A stretch of 64,000 bases of DNA from Pseudomonadota bacterium (lineage in GTDB: Bacteria > Pseudomonadota > Alphaproteobacteria > Acetobacterales > Acetobacteraceae): positions 11,483 to 75,482 of the forward strand of contig JAJXZO010000075.1 of assembly GCA_021780035.1 (NCBI GenBank), written 5' to 3'. Position 1 is the stretch's first letter; each line of letters starts with the position of its first letter. The notes under the pieces were generated by a model. That model worked only from the letters and a program-made list of their open reading frames with translations, did no database searches and was not told the origin of the DNA. Shown piece by piece: positions 51,427 through 58,411 of the stretch. Position numbers and translations under genes: made by a program.

Positions 51427-51674
51427 GACGTTCTCCCCTGAGTTGGCGATCATTCTCCCTCCCTCATCTCCGGGAGGGCGCTTCCAGCAAAACCGATCTA
51501 TCTCCGCCCAATGCGGATATCTCTGCCTCCATACCGCCACGACCGCATGGCTAGCAGCATAGCTGACAACTGAAAAATACCTTTCCTAATGCTTCCAGTC
51601 AACGGCCGCGGCAGCAAATGATAGCGTTATGACGCGCTTTCGCGCCACCATTGCCGCCCTTCCAATGCGGTTGA

Positions 51675-52418
51675 TCATACGAAAATCCCCCCGTTTACAT
51701 CGAGAACTTCGCCGGTGACCCATCCTGACTCGTCGCTGGCGAGGAACACGGCGGCGTAGGCGATGTCGTCCATCGTCCCCAGGCGGGGTACGCAGGCGTT
51801 GCTCAACAAAACCTTCAGTTTCTCCGGCTCGAGCTGGCTGGTCATCTGTCCGCGCAAAGGACCGGGCGCGATGCTGTTGACCGTAATATTGAAGGTGCCG
51901 AGTTCACGAGCCAGGGTCTGCGTGAGTCCGATCACGCCGGCCTTGGAGGCAGCGTAATCCACTCCGACACCTGGCCGCCCGGTGCGTCCGCCGAGTGACG
52001 AAATATTGATGATATGCCCGGCGCTCCGCGCCTTCATGCCGGGAACGACGGCTTTGCACGCGACGAACGTGCCGGTCAGGTTGATGCCGATCACCTTCTC
52101 CCAGGCGGCGACCGGCAGCTGGTCAATCGGCATGTGGTCGAGGACGCCGGCGCAATTCACAAGGACATCAATGCCGCCGAACAGCTTTTCGGTTTCCGCA
52201 ACAGCCCGTTCCACCGCTTCGAGGTCGCGTACGTCGCCGGTCAGCGCCGTCAGACGCCGCCGCTCGCCGCCCAGGACGTTGGAGACTTTTTGCAGCAGAG
52301 CGGAGTTGACGTCGAAGAGGGCAACCGCCGCACCGTGTTCCAGGAAGCGCCCGGCGATCGCGGCGGCGATCTCGCCGCCGCCGCCGGTCACGAATGCGAC
52401 TTTCCGCTCCAGCCTCAT
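51675..52418 (-). CDS. Short-chain dehydrogenase/reductase
   Basis: VTGGGGEIA, LVNCAG, NISS, YAASK, VNSIAPG, VTGEVLDVNGG. Confidence 0.9.
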   Translation of the reverse strand: MRLERKVAFVTGGGGEIAAAIAGRFLEHGAAVALFDVNSALLQKVSNVLGGERRRLTALTGDVRDLEAVERAVAETEKLFGGIDVLVNCAGVLDHMPIDQLPVAAWEKVIGINLTGTFVACKAVVPGMKARSAGHIINISSLGGRTGRPGVGVDYAASKAGVIGLTQTLARELGTFNITVNSIAPGPLRGQMTSQLEPEKLKVLLSNACVPRLGTMDDIAYAAVFLASDESGWVTGEVLDVNGGIFV

Positions 52419-52521
52419 GGCCTTTACCTCCGTGCAAGATTCGACGATCAGATCGTCCGGAATCTCTCACCCGTCACGCCCGGCGGTGCAAGACCCCGCC
52501 CTGCGTATCGCTCCCTCACGT

Positions 52522-53838
52522 CTATTCGCGGCGCATCTTGATCGCGGCAGCCACTACCACCGACAGCAGTCCGCCGAGCGCCATGAACGCCGCCACCGGC
52601 TGCCACGTGTGGTTCATGTCGAACAGCAGCGTGCCGATGAAGGGCGTGAATCCGCCGAAGATCACGCTCGCCACCTGATAGCCGATGTTGGCACCGCTGT
52701 AGCGGTATTCGGTGCCGAAGAAACCGGTGAACAGCGGCTGCTGCACCGAGTTCACCATATCGTGCGCGATGTTCGCGAGCAGCACCGAGAGGATGACGAT
52801 CCACACCACCGAGCGCGCTTCCATTGCCATGAAGAACGGCCACGTCGCCAGCACGCCGATGATGGCGCCAGTCAGGTACACCCGCTTGTAGCCCACCCTG
52901 TCGGCGAGCCACGCGAAGAACGGCAGTGTGACGCAGCTCACCGCGCCGACCACGAAGCCGACGTTGAGGAACAGCGAGCGCGACATGTGCAGCACGGACA
53001 CCGAATAGTAGAGAGAGAAGGTGGTGACCATGTACATCGCCAGCAGCTCGATGGCGCGCATGGAGATGATGATGAAGAACGCGCCGGGGTGCCGCGTGAG
53101 CGCGACGATGACCGGCGCCTTGATGTGCCGCTCGCCGTGCGCACCCACCTTGGCCACGAACTCTGGCGTCTCTTCCAGGCCGAGCCGGATCCAGAGCGCG
53201 ATGCCGACGAGAACGATGCTGAACAGGAACGGCACGCGCCAGCCCCACGACAGGAAGGCGGCGTTGCTCATCGTCGCGCTCAGCGTCGACATGATGCCGG
53301 TGACGATAATCAGCGCCACGCCGTAGCCCACCTGCACGCCGCTGCTGAAAAAGGCCTTCTTGCCGGAAGGCGCGCTTTCCACGGCCATCAGAGCGGCGCC
53401 GCCCCATTCGCCGCCAACCGCGACCCCCTGCAGGATGCGCAGGAGAACCAGCAGCAGCGGCGCATACCAGCCGATGGATGCGTAGGTCGGCAACAGGCCG
53501 ATGCAGGCCGATGAAACGCCCATCAGGCCGACGGTGATGACCAGCATGGCGCGGCGGCCAACGATATCACCATAGTGGCCGAAGATGATCCCGCCCAGAG
53601 GCCGGAACAGGAAGCCCACGCCGAGAGTGGCGAATGCCGCCAGCGTCCCCAGCGTGGGGTCGTGGCTCGGAAAGAACAGGCCGTTGAACACGACGGCCGC
53701 CATGAAGCCGTAGAGAAGGAAATCGTACCAGTCGACAATGGCACCGACGAAGCTGCCGAGCGCCGCCTTGCGCGAGCGTGCCGAGGCGATTTCCGTCGCA
53801 CCTACCGCTCCCTTCACGATCGCCGCCGTCTCGGACAT
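52522..53838 (-). CDS. shiA: Shikimate transporter ShiA (MFS, MHS family)
   Basis: DWYDFLLYG, FRPLGG, VGGEWGGAAL, KKAFFSSGVQVGYG, EYRYSGA match recalled E. coli ShiA. Confidence 0.85.
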   Translation of the reverse strand: MSETAAIVKGAVGATEIASARSRKAALGSFVGAIVDWYDFLLYGFMAAVVFNGLFFPSHDPTLGTLAAFATLGVGFLFRPLGGIIFGHYGDIVGRRAMLVITVGLMGVSSACIGLLPTYASIGWYAPLLLVLLRILQGVAVGGEWGGAALMAVESAPSGKKAFFSSGVQVGYGVALIIVTGIMSTLSATMSNAAFLSWGWRVPFLFSIVLVGIALWIRLGLEETPEFVAKVGAHGERHIKAPVIVALTRHPGAFFIIISMRAIELLAMYMVTTFSLYYSVSVLHMSRSLFLNVGFVVGAVSCVTLPFFAWLADRVGYKRVYLTGAIIGVLATWPFFMAMEARSVVWIVILSVLLANIAHDMVNSVQQPLFTGFFGTEYRYSGANIGYQVASVIFGGFTPFIGTLLFDMNHTWQPVAAFMALGGLLSVVVAAAIKMRRE

Positions 53839-53914
53839 TTCTTTCTCCCCGTCACTTTGTTCGTTCGTCTCGTCGTGTGGGCCGGCCGATTGCCGGCCGG
53901 CCCGTCCGTCCCTC

Positions 53915-55678
53915 TCAGTCGGTCGCCACGTGGGCAGCCTTTTTTTCTCCCGGCGAGTAGATGTCGAGAATATTCCAGTGCCCCGCCGTTGGTGTCGGGT
54001 TGTTGCGCATGGCGACGTCGATCACGCACGGTCTGCCCGAGGCGATCGCCTTCTCCAGCGCCGGCTTGAAGTCCTCGGCCTTGCGGACGCGCACGCCTTC
54101 CACGCCGTAGGCGCGGGCGATCGCCGCGTAGTCGGGCATGTACTCGTCGCCGGCGTTCGGGAAGGTGGCGCCGTACGTCATCCCGTAGTGGGCCATCTGC
54201 AGCCCGGCGATGGTGCCGAAGGCGTTGTTGTTCATCACCACCCACACCACGGGCACGTTCTCGTCCACCGCGGTGGCGAGCACCGAAGGGTTCTGCCCAA
54301 AGCCGCCGTCGCCCACCAGCGACACCACCACCCGGTCCGGGCAGGCGATCTTGGCACCGAGGGCGGAAGGCGGGCCGAAGCCCATGGTGGCGAGCCCGCA
54401 CGGCGTGAGGAAACTGCCTGGTGTGTAGATGGGAAATTGCTGGCCGACACCGTTCTTGTTCCAGCCGACATCGGTGGTGAGAATGGCGTCGCGCGGCAGC
54501 ACCGCCCGCGTCTCCGCGAGGATGCGCTCCGGCATCATCGGGAAGGAATCGCTTTCCGCCATCGCCTTGTTGCTCGCGCGGAACTCGGCGCGCACCGCGG
54601 CGATCTCGGCTTCCAGCGCCTCGTTCCGGCGCGGCTTGGGATAGATCTCGCGGGCGACGCGGTTCAGCGTCTTCAGCGCCTGCTTCAGGTCCGCCACCGC
54701 GCCGATCTCGGTCGGATAGTTGCGGCCAATCTCGCTCGGGTCAATGTCGATGTGGGCAAGCTTCGTCGGCGGGAAGGCGAAGGTGTATTCCGGCTCCCAG
54801 GAGCTGCTGTCGGCCTCCTTGAAGCGCGTACCGAGCGCCAGCACCCAGTCGGAGGTTCGGGTTTTCTCGTTGATGAACCTGGTGCCCCAGAAGCCGGTCA
54901 TGCCGAGCAGCAGCGGATGGTCGTCGGGCAGCGCGCCCTTGCCCATCAGGCTGTGCGACACGGGGATGCCCATGTGATCAACGAAGGCTTTGAGTTCCTC
55001 CGCCGCCTTCGCCAGTACGATGCCGCCGCCGACGTGGATCACAGGGCGCTTCGCCTCGCCCAGGGCGCGGACGATGGCCACCGCCGCGTCGTGATCGAGA
55101 TCAGGCTTCGCCAAGCTCTTGGTGTTGTGCTGCAGGCGGTCGAACAGCGCCGTGTCCACCTCGCGGGAGAAGATGTCCATCGGCACGTCCACCAGCACCG
55201 GGCCGGGCTGCCCGCTCTCCGCAAGCTGGAAGGCCTTTTCCAGAATCTCGGGAAACAGTTCGGGACGTTCCACCCGCCACGCGCGCTTGACGAACGGGCG
55301 GTAGATCTCGAACTGATCGCCGTCGGTATGCAGATTCACTTCCTGGTGCGGGTGCTTGCCGTAGTAGTGGCTGGGGATGTCGCCTGCGATCACCACCATC
55401 GGGATGCAATCGAGAGCCGCGTTGGCAACGCCCGTCGCCGCGTTGGTCAGCCCCGGCCCGAGATGGGTGAGCAGCACGGATGCCTTGCCGGTCACGCGCG
55501 CATAGCCGTCGGCCGCGTGGGCGGCGATCTGCTCGTGCCGGACGGATACGAAATGAACCTTGCTGTTCGCCATCGCCGACAGTGCTGCGATAACGGTATG
55601 GCCTGTAAGTCCGAAGACGTGCCTGACGCCGCGCCGTTCGAGATAGCGGACCAGTTGGTGAGAGACGAGATCGCGCAT
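53915..55678 (-). CDS. Thiamine-diphosphate-dependent enzyme (acetolactate synthase/IolD/CDH superfamily), substrate unknown
   Basis: RHEQ (catalytic Glu), GPGLTN, GPVLVDVPMD, GTRF, and ThDP motif GDGG...VVMNN. Confidence 0.9.
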   Translation of the reverse strand: MRDLVSHQLVRYLERRGVRHVFGLTGHTVIAALSAMANSKVHFVSVRHEQIAAHAADGYARVTGKASVLLTHLGPGLTNAATGVANAALDCIPMVVIAGDIPSHYYGKHPHQEVNLHTDGDQFEIYRPFVKRAWRVERPELFPEILEKAFQLAESGQPGPVLVDVPMDIFSREVDTALFDRLQHNTKSLAKPDLDHDAAVAIVRALGEAKRPVIHVGGGIVLAKAAEELKAFVDHMGIPVSHSLMGKGALPDDHPLLLGMTGFWGTRFINEKTRTSDWVLALGTRFKEADSSSWEPEYTFAFPPTKLAHIDIDPSEIGRNYPTEIGAVADLKQALKTLNRVAREIYPKPRRNEALEAEIAAVRAEFRASNKAMAESDSFPMMPERILAETRAVLPRDAILTTDVGWNKNGVGQQFPIYTPGSFLTPCGLATMGFGPPSALGAKIACPDRVVVSLVGDGGFGQNPSVLATAVDENVPVVWVVMNNNAFGTIAGLQMAHYGMTYGATFPNAGDEYMPDYAAIARAYGVEGVRVRKAEDFKPALEKAIASGRPCVIDVAMRNNPTPTAGHWNILDIYSPGEKKAAHVATD

Positions 55679-55707
55679 GGTTGCTTTCCTGTTTTCCGTT
55701 TCCTCGC

Positions 55708-57117
55708 CTACTCGATGATCTCGCTCTGGTAGAACTCGCCGAACAATTCGCCATCGGAAGGACGGTCATCAGGGATCGGCCGAGCTACCCAGGTGACGTT
55801 CATGTAGTGCTTGAGCGAGACGTTCTCGTTGGTGATGTTGCCGCCCCAGATGCCGCAACCAAGGCTCGACGTCATCGGCATGCCGTTGTTGAAGGCGCCG
55901 GCGTTCGCCTTCGACTGGGGCTGGCGCACCATCATGCGGCTGACCGGAGCGACCAGCGCCAGGCGGTGGATGTGGTCATCGTTGAACGAGTAGATGCCGC
56001 AGGAATGGCCCTTGCCGCCGACCTCGTAGATGCCGCGCACCATCTCGAGCGCCTGGTCGAAATCCCTGTACTTGTAGATGGCGAGCAGCGTCGTCAGCTT
56101 TTCGCTGGAGAAGCGGTGTGCGAGACCGATGTCCTGCTGCTTGACGATGAGGAACTTGCGGTCGTCGGGGATGGAGAAGCCCGCCACTTTCGCCACCACC
56201 TGCGGCGCACGCGCTACCGTCTCGATAGTGCGGTGACCCTCGGCGTCCCACATCGCCGCTTCCAGCTTCGCCTTCTCCGCATCGGAGGCGAGATAACCGC
56301 CCTCGGCCTGCAACTGCGCGAGGAACGCGTCGTAGATTGATTCGTGGACGATGAGGTTGCCGTCGGCCGAGCAGCCGGAACCGAAGTCCGACGTCTTGCT
56401 GGTGCGCGTGTTGCGCGCCGCTTCCTCGATGTTCGCGGTCTCGTCGATCACCATCGTCGAGTTGCCCGCCCCCACGCCGTAGGCCGGCTTTCCGGAGCTG
56501 TAGGCGGCCCGCACCATCGGCTGGCCGCCGGTGGCCATGGTGAGGTCGCAGATCGACATCAGCTCCTGCGTGAGCGGAATACTCGGCTTCTCGATGACCT
56601 GGAACAGGTCCGCGGGCGCGCCCTGCCGCCTCAGCGCCTCGCGCATGACGCGCACCACCTCGCCCGTGGTCTTCTTCGCGCGGGGATGCGGCGAGAAGAT
56701 CACCGAATCCTTGCACTTGAGCGCGTAGATGCCCGTTACCGGCGGCGTCTGTTCGGGGTTGGTGGTGGGGATCAGCGAGGCGATCACGCCGGCGGGCTTC
56801 GCGTATTTGGTAATTCCCTTCTGGGGAATCTCTTCGATCACGCCCATGCTCTTCTGGCGCAGCGCGTCGCGCAGCACGCCGATGATCTTGAACCTCTTGC
56901 TCACGCGGCCGACGCGGTCGCCAAGCTCCGTCTCGTCCACCGCCATGTTGGCGATGCGGGTCATGTGCTTCTCGTTCGCCGTCGCCCAGGCCAGCGCCTG
57001 GCACAGCCGGTCGATCTTCGCCTGGTCGTAGTCCGCGATCTCCGCCATGGCGGCGCGGGCGTTGGCCACCAGGGTCCGCACGTAGGCTCGCTGTTCGTCG
57101 GTCAAGGGAGATGCCAT
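55708..57117 (-). CDS. CoA-acylating aldehyde dehydrogenase (EutE/AdhE-N/SauS family)
   Basis: PAGVIASLIPTTNP, FSPHPRA, ATGGQPMVRAAYSSGKPAYGVGAGN, SGCSADG, SSEKL, SSLGCGIWGGNIT. Confidence 0.9.
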   Translation of the reverse strand: MASPLTDEQRAYVRTLVANARAAMAEIADYDQAKIDRLCQALAWATANEKHMTRIANMAVDETELGDRVGRVSKRFKIIGVLRDALRQKSMGVIEEIPQKGITKYAKPAGVIASLIPTTNPEQTPPVTGIYALKCKDSVIFSPHPRAKKTTGEVVRVMREALRRQGAPADLFQVIEKPSIPLTQELMSICDLTMATGGQPMVRAAYSSGKPAYGVGAGNSTMVIDETANIEEAARNTRTSKTSDFGSGCSADGNLIVHESIYDAFLAQLQAEGGYLASDAEKAKLEAAMWDAEGHRTIETVARAPQVVAKVAGFSIPDDRKFLIVKQQDIGLAHRFSSEKLTTLLAIYKYRDFDQALEMVRGIYEVGGKGHSCGIYSFNDDHIHRLALVAPVSRMMVRQPQSKANAGAFNNGMPMTSSLGCGIWGGNITNENVSLKHYMNVTWVARPIPDDRPSDGELFGEFYQSEIIE

Positions 57118-57187
57118 AGGAACCGCCTCGTTTCGTTGACTGTCTACAGGTTACGGAGCGCGGACAGCCGGGCCCCGCCGCCGCGGG

Positions 57188-58027
57188 TCAGGCCCGCAGC
57201 AACGCATCCTCCGCCCGCGGGTGGCGCCCGAAATAGCGCTTCGCCGCCTGCACGCAGCGCCGCGCGTGCTCCTCGTAGCCGAACTCTGCCACCCTCTCGT
57301 CGTTGGGCAGCTCGATCGAATAGGGAATGCGCGGCATGCGGTTGAGATAGGCGGCAAGGTCGATGCCTCCCTCCCCTGGATACAGCCGCGCGCTGCGGGC
57401 GATGGCGATCATGTCCTCGGTCGTTTCCGGAACTTCCGCCGGCGCGTCGCACAGATGCGCGAAGTGGAACCACTCGCGCGGGATGGCGTCGAGTTCCTCG
57501 GGGCGCACGCGCGAGTAAGCCAGGTAGAGCGTATCCACCATGATGCCGCAGTTCTCCCGCGCCGCCTCGCGCAGGACGGAAACGGCGGCGCCGAGGCCGG
57601 TGACGCCGGAGAAGCTCGGAAACTCGAAATCCACCGTCAACCCCAGCGGTTTCGCCAGATCGCACAGCGCCGCGTAGGTATCGACGACGAAGGCGCGGTC
57701 GTTGGTCCAGGCGCTGCTGATGATGCGCCGCGCGCCCAGTTCGGCGGCCACCTCGAAGGCCGGCAGATAGGTTCGCGCATCGAGGCCGTCGACGATCCGC
57801 GCGAGTTCCACGTCGTGTATGCCGATCCCGGTCTCGTCCAGGGCGCGCTTCAGGTCGCGCTTCAGCGCCTTGTCCTCGGCGACCGCGTAGCGCGGCTCGC
57901 CGGCAGAGCCGATGGGAATGAAGCGGGGGCTGATGAAATCGTAGCCGGCGCGCCGGGCCTTGCGCGCCATCTCCGCCGGCGGCACGCCAAGCACGGTCAG
58001 GTGAGCGAGGGAGTACTGCTGGGCCAT
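57188..58027 (-). CDS. Xylose-isomerase-like TIM-barrel protein (sugar phosphate isomerase/epimerase family)
   Basis: SLAHLTVL, DFEF, VDTLY, HLCDA, RLYPGEG, SIELP. Confidence 0.85.
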   Translation of the reverse strand: MAQQYSLAHLTVLGVPPAEMARKARRAGYDFISPRFIPIGSAGEPRYAVAEDKALKRDLKRALDETGIGIHDVELARIVDGLDARTYLPAFEVAAELGARRIISSAWTNDRAFVVDTYAALCDLAKPLGLTVDFEFPSFSGVTGLGAAVSVLREAARENCGIMVDTLYLAYSRVRPEELDAIPREWFHFAHLCDAPAEVPETTEDMIAIARSARLYPGEGGIDLAAYLNRMPRIPYSIELPNDERVAEFGYEEHARRCVQAAKRYFGRHPRAEDALLRA

Positions 58028-58322
58028 TTCCCGCGTTCCTTCCATCAACCGCGGCGAAAGTCCGGCTTCCGCCGCCGCATCTCGTTTTCCGGCGCCCCCG
58101 TCGCGCGCCGCAGCCGTGACGGCGGGGAATGCCATGGCGCGCGACCACCCGGCGTCAGGCGCCAGCCAGCCTTCCCCGGAGTCTCCGGTCGTGCGCACGC
58201 AGGCGTTTCCACACCGTCATCGTTTGCAGCCCCCTGTCGGCCAAGGGCCTTGAGTTCACGTCCGGCGCATCCGTACCTTACTCTCGATCCTCAAAGCAAG
58301 CACAATATGTCGGCCATGTGCG

Positions 58323-58339
58323 AAAATATCTGAGATTTT
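58323..58339. promoter_or_regulatory. Candidate operator, near-copy of the 44558-44580 motif
   Basis: AAAATATCTGAGATTTT; its reverse complement AAAATCTCAGATATTTT aligns with GAAATCTCAAATGATTTT at 44560. Confidence 0.4.
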
Positions 58340-58411
58340 GCGTCTCGACCGGCATTCAATCGGCCGTCCATCGCTCTCGCACCCCTCCGGGGAGTCGGCT
58401 AAAGGTAGCCG

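Noticed and set aside
53915-57117. Taurine/sulfoacetate pathway (Xsc + SauS)
   Set aside because: No tauABC, sauT/sauU, pta-linked xsc context or sulfite exporter nearby; neighbours are shikimate-related. Not fully excluded without phylogeny.
41741-58027. Calling the shikimate region a mobile element
   Set aside because: No integrase, transposase, tRNA target or flanking direct repeats were found; only partial compositional evidence.
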